Origin: Eledone cirrhosa
Lineage: Eukaryota
Assembly (NCBI GenBank): GCA_964016885.1
Contig: OZ024750.1
Coordinates: forward strand, 42,718,001 to 42,782,000
Length of the DNA: 64,000 nucleotides
Reading direction: 5' to 3'
Positions within the stretch are counted from its first letter, which is position 1; each line of letters starts with the position of its first letter. Both the position numbers and the translations under genes were made by a program. Positions 14,801 to 29,035 of the stretch are shown piece after piece. The notes beneath the pieces were generated by a model. It did not search any database, was not told the DNA's origin, and saw only the letters and a list, made by a program, of their open reading frames with translations.

Positions 14801-17800
14801 TGTCACCACCACAGTTGTCATCATCATTGTCATTGTCATCACCACAGTTGTCATCATCATTGTCATTGTCATCACCACAGTTGTCAACATCATTGTCACT
14901 GTCACCACCACAGTTGTCATCATCATTGTCATTGTCACCAACACAGTTGTCATCATCATTGTCATTGTCACCACCACAGTTGTCATCATCATTGTCACTG
15001 TCTCCACCACAGTTGTCATCATCATTGTCACTGTCACCACCACAGTTGTCATCATCATTGTCACTGTCTCCACCACAGTTGTCATCATCATTGTCACTGT
15101 CACCACCACAGTTGTCATCATCATTGTCACTGTCACCACCACAGCTGTCATCATCATTGTCATTGTCACCACCACAGTTGTCATCATCATTGTCATTGTC
15201 ATCACCACAGTTGTCAACATCATTGTCACTGTCACCACCACAGTTGTCATCATCATTGTCATTGTCACCAACACAGTTGTCATCATCATTGTCACTGTCA
15301 CCACCACAGTTGTCATCATCATTGTCATTGTCATCACCACAGTTGTCATCATCATTGTCATTGTCATCACCACAGTTGTCAACATCATTGTCACTGTCAC
15401 CACCACAGTTGTCATCATCATTGTCATTGTCACCAACACAGTTGTCATCATCATTGTCATTGTCACCACCACAGTTGTCATCATCATTGTCACTGTCACC
15501 ACCACAGTTGTCATCATCATTGTCACTGTCTCCACCACAGTTGTCATCATCATTGTCACTGTCACCACCACAGCTGTCATCATCATTGTCATTGTCACCA
15601 CCACAGTTGTCATCATCATTGTCACTGTCACCACCACAGTTGTCATCATGATTGTCATTGTCATCACCACAGTTGTCATCATCATTGTCATTGTCATCAC
15701 CACAGTTGTCAACATCATTGTCACTGTCACCACCACAGTTGTCATCATCATTGTCATTGTCATCACCACAGTTGTCATCATCATTGTCATTGTCACCACC
15801 ACAGTTGTCACCACCACAGTTGTCATCATCATCGTCATTGCACCATCACAGTTGTCATCATCATTGTCATTGTCACCACCACAGTTGTCATCATCATCGT
15901 CATTGTCACCACCACATTAGTCATCATCATTGTCACTGTCACCACCACAGTTGTCACCATCATTGTCATTGTCACCACCACAGTTGTCATCATCATTGTC
16001 ACCACCACAGTTGTCATCATCATTGTCACTCTCACCACCACAGTTGTCACCATCATTGTCATTGTCACCACCACATTTGTCATCATCATTGTCATTGTCA
16101 CCACCACAGTTGTCATCATCATTGTCACTGTCACCACCACAGTAGTCATCATCATTGTCATTGTCATCACCACAGTTGTCATCATCATTGTCACTGTCAC
16201 CACCACAGTTGTCATCATCATTGTCATTGTCATCACCACAGTTGTCATCATCATTGTCATTGTCACCACCACAGTTGTCATCATCATTGTCATTGTCACC
16301 ACCACAGTTGTCATCATCATTGTCAATGTCACCACCACAGTTGTCACCATCATTGTCATTGTCACCACCACAGTTGTTATCATCATTGTCATTGTCACCA
16401 CCACAGTTGTCATCATCATTGTCACTGTCACCACCACAGTTGTCATCATCATTGTCATTGTCATCACCACAGTTGTCATCATCATTGTCACTGTCACCAC
16501 CACAGTTGTCATCATCATTGTCATTGTCACCACCACAGTTGTCATCATCATTGTCATTGTCTCCACCACAGTTGTCATCATCATTGTCATTGTCACCACC
16601 ACAGTTGTCATCATCATTGTCATTGTCACTACCACAGTTGTCATCATCATTGTCATTGTCATCACCACAGTTGTCATCATCATTGTCATTGTCACCACCA
16701 CAGTTGTCATCATCATTGTCACTGTCACCACCACAGTTGTCACCATCATTGTCATTGTCACCACCACAGTTGTCACCACCACAGCTGTCATCATCATTGT
16801 CAATGTCACCACCACAGTTGTCATCGTCATTGTCATTGTCATCACCACAGTTGTCATCATCATTGTCATTGTCACCACCACAGTTGTCACCATCATTGTC
16901 ATTGTCACCACCACAGTTGTCATCATCATTGTCATTGTCACCACCACAGTTGTCATCGTCATTGTCATTGTCATCAACACAGTTGTCATCATCATTGTCA
17001 TTGTCACCACCACAGTTGTCATCGTCATTGTCACTGTCACCACCACAGTTGTCATCATCATTGTAATTGTCACCACCACAGTTGTCATCATCATTGTCAT
17101 TGTCACCACCACAGTTGTCACCACCACAGTTGTCATCATCATCGTCATTGTCACCACCACAGTTGTCATCATCATTGTCATTGTCACCACCACAGTTGTC
17201 ATCATCATTGTCATTGTCACCACCACAGTTGTCATAATCATTGTCATTGTCACCACCACAGTTGTCATCATCATTGTCATTGTCACCACCACAGTTGTCA
17301 TCATCATTGTCATTGTCACCACCACAGTTGTCATCATCATTATCACTGTCACCACCACAGTTGTCACCATCATTGTCATTGTCACCACCACAGTTGTCAC
17401 CATCATTGTCATTGTCACCACCACAGTTGTCATCATCATTGTCACTGTCACCACAAACAGTTGTCATCATCATTGTCATTGTCACCACCACAGTTGTCAT
17501 CATCATTGTCATTGTCACTACCACAGTTGTCATCATCATTGTCATTGTCCTCACCACAGTTGTCATCATCATTGTCATTGTCACCACCACAGTTGTCATC
17601 ATCATTGTCATTGTCACCACCACAGTTGTCATCATCATTGTCATTGTCACTACCACAGTTGTCATCATCATTGTCATTGTCATCACCACAGTTGACATCA
17701 TCATTGTCATTGTCATCACCACAGTTGTCATCATCATTGTCATTGTCATCACCACAGTTGTCATCATCATTGTCATTGTCACCACCACAGTTGTCACCAT

Positions 17801-20069
17801 CATTGTCATTGTCACCACCACAGTTGTCACCATCATTGTCATTGTCACCACCACAGTTGGCACCACCACAGTTGTCATCATCATTGTCATTGTCATCACC
17901 ACAGTTGTCATCATCATTGTCATTGTCACCACCACAGTTGTCATCATCATTATCACTGTCACCACCACAGTTGTCACCATCATTGTCATTGTCACCACCA
18001 CAGTTGTCACCATCATTGTCATTGTCACCACCACAGTTGTCATCATCATTGTCATTGTCACCACCACAGTTGTCATCATCATTGTCATTGTCACCACCAC
18101 AGTTGTCATCGTCATTGTCATTGTCATCACCACAGTTGTCATCATCATTGTCATTGTCACCACCACAGTTGTCATCGTCATTGTCATTGTCACCACCACA
18201 GTTGTCATCATCATTGTCATTGTCACCACCACAGTTGTCATCATCATTGTCACTGTCACCACCTCAGTTGTCATCATCATTGTCACAGTCACCACCACAG
18301 TTGTCATCGTCATTGTCATTGTCATCACCACAGTTGTCATCATCATTGTCATTGTCACCACCACAGTTGTCATCGTCATTGTCATTGTCATCACCACAGT
18401 TGTCATCATCATTGTCATTGTCACCACCACAGTTGTCATCGTCATTGTCATTGTCACCACCACAGTTGTCATGGTAATTGTCATTGTCACCACCACAGTT
18501 GTCATCATCATTGTCACTGTCACCACCACAGTTGTCATCATCATTGTCACTGTCACCACCACAGTTGTCATCATCATTGTCACCACCACAGTTGTCATCA
18601 TCATTGTCATTGTCACCACCACAGTTGTCCTCATCATTGTCATTGTCACCACCACAGTTGTCATCGTCATTGTCACTGTCACCACCACAGTTGTCATCAT
18701 CATTGTAATTGTCACCACCACAGTTGTCATCGTCATTGTCACTGTCACCACTACAGTTGTCATCATCATTGTAATTGTCATCACCACAGTTGTCATCATC
18801 ATTGTCATTGTCACCACCACAGTTGTCATCGTCATTGTCATTGTCATCACCACAGTTGTCATCATCATTGTCATTGTCACCACCACAGTTGTCATCGTCA
18901 TTGTCACTGTCACCACCACAGTTGTCATCATCATTGTAATTGTCACCAACACAGTTGTCATCATCATTGTCACTGTCACCCCCACAGTTGTCATCATCAT
19001 TGTCACTGGCACCACCACAGTTGTCATCATCATTGTCATTGTCATCACCACAGTTGTCATCATCATTGTCATTGTCACCACCACAGTTGTCATCATCATT
19101 GTCATTGTCACCACCACAGTTGTCATCATCATTGTCATTGTCACCACCACAGTTGTCATCATCATTGTCACTGTCACCACCACAGTTGTCATCATCATTG
19201 TCATTGTCATCACCACAGTTGTCATCATCATTGTCACTGTCACCACCACAGTTGTCATCATCATTGTCATTGTCACCAACACAGTTGTCACCATCATTGT
19301 CATTGTCACCACCACAGTTGTCATCATCATTGTCACTGTCACCACCACAGTTGTCATCATCATTGTCACTGTCACCACCACAGTTGTCATCATCATTGTC
19401 ATTGTCACCACCACAGTTGTCATCATCATTGTCACTGTCACCACCACAGTTGTCATCATCATTGTCATTGTCACCACCACAGTTGTCATCATCATTGTCA
19501 TTGTCACCAACACAGTTGTCACCATCATTGTCATTGTCACCACCACAGTTGTCATCATCATTGTCATTGTCACCAACACAGTTGTCATCATCATTGTCAT
19601 TGTCACCACCACAGTTGTCATCATCATTGTCACTGTCACCACCACAGTTGTCATCATCATTGTCATTGTCACCACCACAGTTGTCATCATCATTGTCATT
19701 GTCACCACCACAGTTGTCATCATCATTGTCATTGTCACCACCACAGTTGTCATCATCATTGTCACTGTCACCACCACAGTTGTCATCATCATTGTCATTG
19801 TCACCACCACAGTTGTCATCATCATTGTCATTGTCACCACCACAGTTGTCATCATCATTGTCACTGTCACCACCACAGTTGTCATCATCATTGTCACTGT
19901 CACCACCACAGTTGTCATCATCATTGTCATTGTCACCACCACAGTTGTCATCATCATTGTCATTGTCACCACCACAGTTGTCATCATCATTGTCATTGTC
20001 ACCAACACAGTTGTCATCATCATTGTCATTGTCACCACCACAGTTGTCATCATCATTGTCATTGTCACC

Positions 20070-23000
20070 ACCACAGTTGTCATCATCATTGTCATTGTCA
20101 CCACCACAGTTGTCATCATCATTGTCACTGTCACCACCACAGTTGTCATCATCATTGTCATTGTCATCACCACAGTTGTCATCATCATTGTCACTGTCAC
20201 CACCACAGTTGTCATCATCATTGTCATTGTCACCAACACAGTTGTCACCATCATTGTCATTGTCACCACCACAGTTGTCATCATCATTGTCACTGTCACC
20301 ACCACAGTTGTCATCATCATTGTCATTGTCACCACCACAGTTGTCATCATCATTGTCACTGTCACCACCACAGTTGTCATCATCATTGTCATTGTCACCA
20401 CCACAGTTGTCATCATCATTGTCATTGTCACCAACACAGTTGTCACCATCATTGTCATTGTCACCACCACAGTTGTCATCATCATTGTCATTGTCACCAA
20501 CACAGTTGTCATCATCATTGTCATTGTCACCACCACAGTTGTCATCATCATTGTCACTGTCACCACCACAGTTGTCATCATCATTGTCATTGTCACCACC
20601 ACAGTTGTCATCATCATTGTCATTGTCACCACCACAGTTGTCATCATCATTGTCATTGTCACCACCACAGTTGTCATCATCATTGTCACTGTCACCACCA
20701 CAGTTGTCATCATCATTGTCATTGTCACCACCACAGTGGTCATCATCATTGTCATTGTCACCACCACAGTTGTCATCATCATTGTCACTGTCACCACCAC
20801 AGTTGTCATCATCATTGTCACTGTCACCACCACAGTTGTCATCATCATTGTCATTGTCACCACCACAGTTGTCATCATCATTGTCATTGTCACCACCACA
20901 GTTGTCATCATCATTGTCATTGTCACCAACACAGTTGTCATCATCATTGTCATTGTCACCACCACAGTTGTCATCATCATTGTCACTGTCACCACCACAG
21001 TTGTCATCATCATTGTCATTGTCACCACCACAGTTGTCATCATCATTGTCATTGTCACCACCACAGTTGTCATCATCATTGTCACTGTCACCACCACAGT
21101 TGTCATCATCATTGTCACTGTCACCACCACAGTTGTCATCATCATTGTCATTGTCACCACCACAGTTGTCATCATCATTGTCACTGTCACCACCACAGTT
21201 GTCACCATCATTGTCATTGTCACCACCACAGTTGTCATCGTCATTGTCACTGTCACCACCACAGTTGTCATCATCATTGTCACTGTCACCACCACAGTTG
21301 TCATCATCATTGTCACTGTCACCACCACAGTTGTCATCATCATTGTCACTGTCAGCACCACAGTTGTCATCATCATTGTCATTGTCACCACCACAGTTGT
21401 CACCATCATTGTCATTGTCACCACCACAGTTGTCATCATCATTGTCTTTGTCACCACCACAGTTGTCATCATCATTGTCATTGTCATCACCACAGTTGTC
21501 ATCATCATTGTCACTGTCACCACCACAGTTGTCATCATCATTGTCACTGTCACCACCACAGTTGTCATCATCATTGTCACTGTCACCACCACAGTTGTCA
21601 TCATCATTGTCACCACCATAGCTGTCATCATCATTGTCTTTGTCACCACCACAGCTGTCAACATTATTGTCATTGTCACCACCACAGTTGTCATCATCAT
21701 TGTCATTGTCACCACCACAGTTGTCATCATCATTGTCACTGTCACCACCACAGTTGTCATCATCATTGTCAGTGTCATCACCACAGTTGTCATCATCATT
21801 GTCACTGTCACCACCACAGTTGTCATCATCATTGTCATTGTCACCACCACAGTTGTCATCATCATTGTCACTGTCACCACCACAGTTGTCATCATCATTG
21901 TCATTGTCATCACCACAGTTGTCATCATCATTGTCACTGTCACCACCACAGTTGTCATCATCATTGTCATTGTCACCAACACAGTTGTCACCATCATTGT
22001 CATTGTCACCACCACAGTTGTCATCATCATTGTCACTGTCACCACCACAGTTGTCATCATCATTGTCATTGTCACCACCACAGTTGTCATCATCATTGTC
22101 ACTGTCACCACCACAGTTGTCATCATCATTGTCATTGTCACCACCACAGTTGTCATCATCATTGTCATTGTCACCAACACAGTTGTCACCATCATTGTCA
22201 TTGTCACCACCACAGTTGTCATCATCATTGTCATTGTCACCAACACAGTTGTCATCATCATTGTCATTGTCACCACCACAGTTGTCATCATCATTGTCAC
22301 TGTCACCACCACAGTTGTCATCATCATTGTCATTGTCACCACCACAGTTGTCATCATCATTGTCATTGTCACCACCACAGTTGTCATCATCATTGTCATT
22401 GTCACCACCACAGTTGTCATCATCATTGTCACTGTCACCACCACAGTTGTCATCATCATTGTCATTGTCACCACCACAGTGGTCATCATCATTGTCATTG
22501 TCACCACCACAGTTGTCATCATCATTGTCACTGTCACCACCACAGTTGTCATCATCATTGTCACTGTCACCACCACAGTTGTCATCATCATTGTCATTGT
22601 CACCACCACAGTTGTCATCATCATTGTCATTGTCACCACCACAGTTGTCATCATCATTGTCATTGTCACCAACACAGTTGTCATCATCATTGTCATTGTC
22701 ACCACCACAGTTGTCATCATCATTGTCACTGTCACCACCACAGTTGTCATCATCATTGTCATTGTCACCACCACAGTTGTCATCATCATTGTCATTGTCA
22801 CCACCACAGTTGTCATCATCATTGTCACTGTCACCACCACAGTTGTCATCATCATTGTCACTGTCACCACCACAGTTGTCATCATCATTGTCATTGTCAC
22901 CACCACAGTTGTCATCATCATTGTCACTGTCACCACCACAGTTGTCACCATCATTGTCATTGTCACCACCACAGTTGTCATCGTCATTGTCACTGTCACC

Positions 23001-23580
23001 ACCACAGTTGTCATCATCATTGTCACTGTCACCACCACAGTTGTCATCATCATTGTCACTGTCACCACCACAGTTGTCATCATCATTGTCACTGTCAGCA
23101 CCACAGTTGTCATCATCATTGTCATTGTCACCACCACAGTTGTCACCATCATTGTCATTGTCACCACCACAGTTGTCATCATCATTGTCTTTGTCACCAC
23201 CACAGTTGTCATCATCATTGTCATTGTCATCACCACAGTTGTCATCATCATTGTCACTGTCACCACCACAGTTGTCATCATCATTGTCACTGTCACCACC
23301 ACAGTTGTCATCATCATTGTCACTGTCACCACCACAGTTGTCATCATCATTGTCACCACCATAGCTGTCATCATCATTGTCTTTGTCACCACCACAGCTG
23401 TCAACATTATTGTCATTGTCACCACCACAGTTGTCATCATCATTGTCATTGTCACCACCACAGTTGTCATCATCATTGTCACTGTCACCACCACAGTTGT
23501 CATCATCATTGTCAGTGTCATCACCACAGTTGTCATCATCATTGTCACTGTCACCACCACAGTTGTCATCATCATTGTCA
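20070..23580. repeat. 1743-bp tandem duplication, private to copy A
   Basis: CAGTGGTC 20734/22477 and CCATAGCTG 21616/23359. ORF starts at 21634 and 23377. Confidence 0.85.
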
Positions 23581-26500
23581 TTGTCACCACCACAGTTGTC
23601 ATCATCATTGTCATTGTCACCACCACAGTTGTCATCGTCATTGTCATTGTCATCACCACAGTTGTCATCATCATTGTCACTGTCACCACCACAGTTGTCA
23701 TCATCATTGTCATTGTCACCACCACAGTTGTCATCGTCATTGTCATTGTCATCACCACAGTTTTCATCATCATTGTCACTGTCACCACCACAGTTGTCAT
23801 CATCATTGTCATTGTCATCACCACAGTTGTCATCATCATTGTCATTGTCACCACCACAGTTGTCATCGTCATTGTCATTGTCATCACCACAGTTGTCATC
23901 CACATTGTCACTGTCACCACCACAGTTGTCATCATCATTGTCATTGTCATCACCACAGTTGTCATCATCATTGTCATTGTCATCACCACAGTTGTCATCA
24001 TCATTGTCACTGTCACCACCACAGTTGTCATCATCATTGTCATTGTCATCACCACAGTTGTCATCATCATTGTCACTGTCACCACCACAGTTGTCATCAT
24101 CATTGTCATTTTCATCACCACAGTTGTCATCATCATTGTCATTGTCACCACCACAGTTGTCATCGTCATTGTCATTGTCACCACCACAGTTGTCATCATC
24201 ATTGTCATTGTCATCACCACAGTTGTCATCATCATTGTCACTGTCACCAACACAGTTGTCACCATCATTGTCATTGTCACCACCACAGCTGTCATCATCA
24301 TTGTCATTGTCACCACCACAGTTGTCACCATCATTGTCATTGTCACCACCACAGTTGTCACCACCACAGCTGTCATCATCATTGTCATTGTCACCACCAC
24401 AGTTGTCATCATCATTGTCACTGTCACCACCACAGTTGTCATCATCATTGTTATTGTCACCACCACAGTTGTCATCATCATCTTCACTGTCACTACCACA
24501 GTTGTCATCATCATTGTCATTGTCACTACCACAGTTGTCATCATCATTGTCATTGTCACCAACACAGTTGTCATCATCATTGTCATTGTCACCACCACAG
24601 TTGTCATCATCATTGTCATTGTCACCACCACAGTTGTCATCTCTGTTGTCACTGTCACCACCACAGTTGTCATCATCATTGTCATTGTCACCACCACAGT
24701 TGTCATCTCTGTTGTCACTGTCACCACCACAGTTGTCATCATCATTGTCATTGTCACCACCACAGTTGTCATCATCATTGTCATTGTCACTACCACAGTT
24801 GTCATCATCATTGTCATTGTCACCACCACAGTTGTCATCATCGTTGTCATTGTCAACACCACAGTTGTCATCATCATTGTCACTGTCACCAACACAGTTG
24901 TCATCATCATTGTCATTGTCACCACCACAGTTGTCATCTCTGTTGTCACTGTCACCACCACAGTTGTCATCATCATTGTCATTGTCACCACCACAGTTGT
25001 CATCATCATTGTCATTATCACTACCACAGTTGTCATCATCATCGTCATTGTCACCACCACAGTTGTCATCATCATTGTCATTGTCACCACCACAGTTGTC
25101 ATCATCATTGTCACTGTCACCAACACAGTTGTCATCATCATTGTCACTGTCACCACCACAGTTGTCATCATCATTGTCATTGTCACCACCACAGTTGTCA
25201 TCATCATTGTAATTGTCATCACCACAGTTGTCATCATCATTGTCACTGTCACCAACACAGCTGTCATCATCATTGTCATTGTCACCACCACAGCTGTCAT
25301 CATCATTGTCATTGTCACCACCACAGTTGTCATCATCATTGTCATTGTCACCAACAAAGTTGTCATCATCATTGTCATTGTCACCACCACAGTTGTCATC
25401 ATCATTGTCATTGTCACTACCACAGTTGTCATCATCTTCACTGTCACCACCACAGTTGTCATCATCATTGTCATTGTCACCACCACAGTTGTCATCATCA
25501 TTGTCATTGTCACCACCACAGTTGTCATCATCATTGTCACTGTCACCAACACAGTTGTCATCATCATTGTCATTGTTACCACCACAGTTGTCATCATCAT
25601 TGTCATTGTCACCACCACAGTTGTCATCATCATTGTAATTGTCATCACCACAGTTGTCATCATCATTGTCACTGTCACCAACACAGTTGTCATCATCATT
25701 GTCACTGTCACCACCACAGTTGTCATCATCATTGTCATTGTCACCACCACAGTTGTCATCATCATTGTCATTGTCACCAACACAGTTGTCATCATCATTG
25801 TCATTGTCACCACCACAGTTTTCATCATCATTGTCATTGTCACCAACACAGTTGTCATCATCATTGTCATTGTCACCACCACAGTTTTCATCATCATTGT
25901 CATTGTCACCACCACAGTTGTCATCATCATTGTCATTGTCACCACCACAGTTGTCATCATCATTGTCATTGTCACCAACACAGTTGTCATCATCATTGTC
26001 ATTGTCACCACCACAGTTGTCATCATCATTGTAATTGTCATCACCACAGTTGTCATCATCATTGTCACTGTCACCAACACAGTTGTCATCATCATTGTCA
26101 CTGTCACCAACACAGTTGTTATGATCATTGTCACTGTCACCACCACAGTTGTCATCATCATTGTCATTGTCACCACCACAGTTGTCATCATCATTGTCAT
26201 TGTCACCAACACAGTTGTCATCATCATTGTCATTGTCACCACCACAGTTTTCATCATCATTGTCACTGTCACCACCACAGTTGTCATCATCATTGTCATT
26301 GTCACCACCACAGTTGTCATCATCATTGTCACTGTCACCACCACAGCTGTCATCATCATTGTCATTGTCACCACCACAGTTGTCATCATCATTGTCATTG
26401 TCACCACCACAGTTGTCATCATCATTGTCATTGTCATCACCACGGTTGTCATCATCATTATCACTGTCACCACCACAGTTGTCATCATCATTGTCATTGT

Positions 26501-29035
26501 CACCACCACAGTTGTCATCATCATTGTCATTGTCACCACCACAGTTGTCATCATCATTGTCATTGTCACCACCACAGTTGTCATCATCATTGGCATTGCC
26601 ATCACCACAGTTGTCATCATCATTGTCATTGTCACCACCACAGTTGTCATCATCATTGTCATTGTCATCACCACAGTTGTCATCATCATTGTCATTGTCA
26701 CCACCACAGTTGTCATCATCATTGTCATTGTCACCACCACAGTTGTCATCATCATTGTCATTGTCACCACCACAGTTGTCATCATCATTGTCATTGTCAC
26801 CAACACAGTTGTCATCATCATTGTCCCTGTCACCAACACAGTTGTCATCATCATTATCACTGTCACCAACACAGTTGTCATCATCATTGTCACTGTCACC
26901 ACCACAGTTGTCATCATCATTGTCGTTGTCACCACCACAGTTGTCATCATCATTGTTATTGTCACCACCACAGTTGTCATCATCATTGTCACTGTCACCA
27001 ACACAGTTGTCATCATCATTGTCATTGTCACCACCACAGTTGTCATCTCTGTTGTCACTGTCACCACCACAGTTGTCATCATCATTGTCACTGTCACCAC
27101 CACAGTTGTCATCATCATTGTCATCATCACCACCACAGTTGTCATCATCATTGTCATTGTCACCACCACAGTTGTCATCATCATTGTCATTGTCACCACC
27201 ACAGTAGTCATCATCATTGTCATTGTCACCAACACAGTTGTCATCATCATTGTCACTGTCACCACCACAGTTGTCATCATCATTGTCACTGTCACCACCA
27301 CAGTTGTCATCATCATTGTCACTGTCACCAACACAGTTGTCATCATCATTGTCATTGTCACCACCACAGTTGTCATCATCATTGTCATTGTCACCACCAC
27401 AGTTGTCATCATCATTGTCAATGTCACCACCACAGTTGTCATCTCTGTTGTCACTGTCACCACCACAGTTGTCATCATCATTGTCACTGTCACCACCACA
27501 GTTGTCATCATCATTGTCATTGTCACCACCACAGTTGTCATCATCATTGTCATTGTCACCAACACAGTTGTCATCATCATTGTCAGTCACTACCACAGTT
27601 GTCATCATCATTGTCATTGTCACCACCACAGTTGTCATCATCATTGTCATTGTCACCACCACAGTTGTCATCATCATTGTCATTGTCACAACCACAGTTG
27701 TCATCATCATTGTCATTGTCACCAACACAGTTGTCATCATCATTGTCAGTCACTACCACAGTTGTCATCATCATTGTCATTGTCACCACCACAGTTGTCA
27801 TCATCATTGTCAGTCACCACCACAGTTATCATCATCATTGTCATTGTCACCACCACAGTTGTCATCATCATTGTCACTGTCACCACCACAGTTGTCATCT
27901 CTGTTGTCACTGTCACCACCACAGTTGTCATCATCATTGTCACTGTCACCAACACAGTTGTCATCATCATTGTCATTGTCACCACCACAGTTGTCATCAT
28001 CATTGTCATTGTCACCAACACAGTTGTCATCATCATTGTCAGTCACCACCACAGTTGTCATCATCATTGTCACTGTCACCACCACAGTTGTCATCATCAT
28101 CTTCACTGTCACCACCACAGTTGTCATCATCATTGTCATTGTCACCACCACAGTTGTCATCATCATTGTCACTGTCACCACCACAGTTGTCATCATCATC
28201 TTCACTGTCACCACCACAGTTGTCATCATCATTGTCATTGTCACCACCACAGTTGTCATCATCATTGTCACTGTCACCACCACAGTTGTCATCATCATTG
28301 TCACTGTCACCACCACAGTTGTCATCATCATTGTCACTGTCACCACCACAGTTGTCATCTCTGTTGTCACTGTCACAACCACAGTTGTCATCATCATTGT
28401 CACTGTCACCACCACAGTTGTCATCATCATTGTCACTGTCACCACCACAGTTGTCATCATCATCTTCACTGTCACCACCACAGTTGTCATCATCATTGTC
28501 CCTGTCACCACCACAGTTGTCATCATCATCGTCACTGTCACCACCACAGTTGTCATCATCATTGTCATTGTCACCACCACAGTTGTCATCATCATTGTCA
28601 CTGTCACCACCACAGTTGTCATCATCATGGTCACTGTCACCACCACAGTTGTCATCATCATTGTCATTGTCATCACCACAGTTGTCATCATCATTGTCAC
28701 TGTCACCACCACAGTTGTCATCTCTGTTGTCACTGTCACAACCACAGTTGTCATCATCATTGTCACTGTCACCACCACAGTTGTCATCATCATTGTCACT
28801 GTCACCACCACAGTTGTCATCACTGTTGTCATTGTCATCACCACAGTTGTCATCATCATTGTCACTGTCACCACCACAGTTGTCATCATCATTGTCACTG
28901 TCACAACCACAGTTGTCATCATCATTGTCACTGTCACCACCACAGTTGTCATCACTGTTGTCATTGTCATCACCACAGATGTCATCATCATTGTCACTGT
29001 CACCACCACAGTTGTCATCATCATTGTCATTGTCA

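Larger units (their letters stand above)
6760..29035. repeat. Higher-order repeat copy A (~22.3 kb), bounds approximate
   Basis: Ordered rare markers: GTCAAGATC 6771, ATTGCACC 15837, CACAAACA 17452, ATGGTAATT 18471, TGTCAGTCAC x4 at 27581-28046, CACAGATGTC ~28974. All recur in the same order in copy B. Confidence 0.85.

Noticed and set aside
19100-23300. ATT/ACT alternation as an information-bearing binary code
   Set aside because: Recurrences of the pattern coincide with the 957- and 1743-bp duplications. There is no evidence of a reader or of order beyond duplication history.
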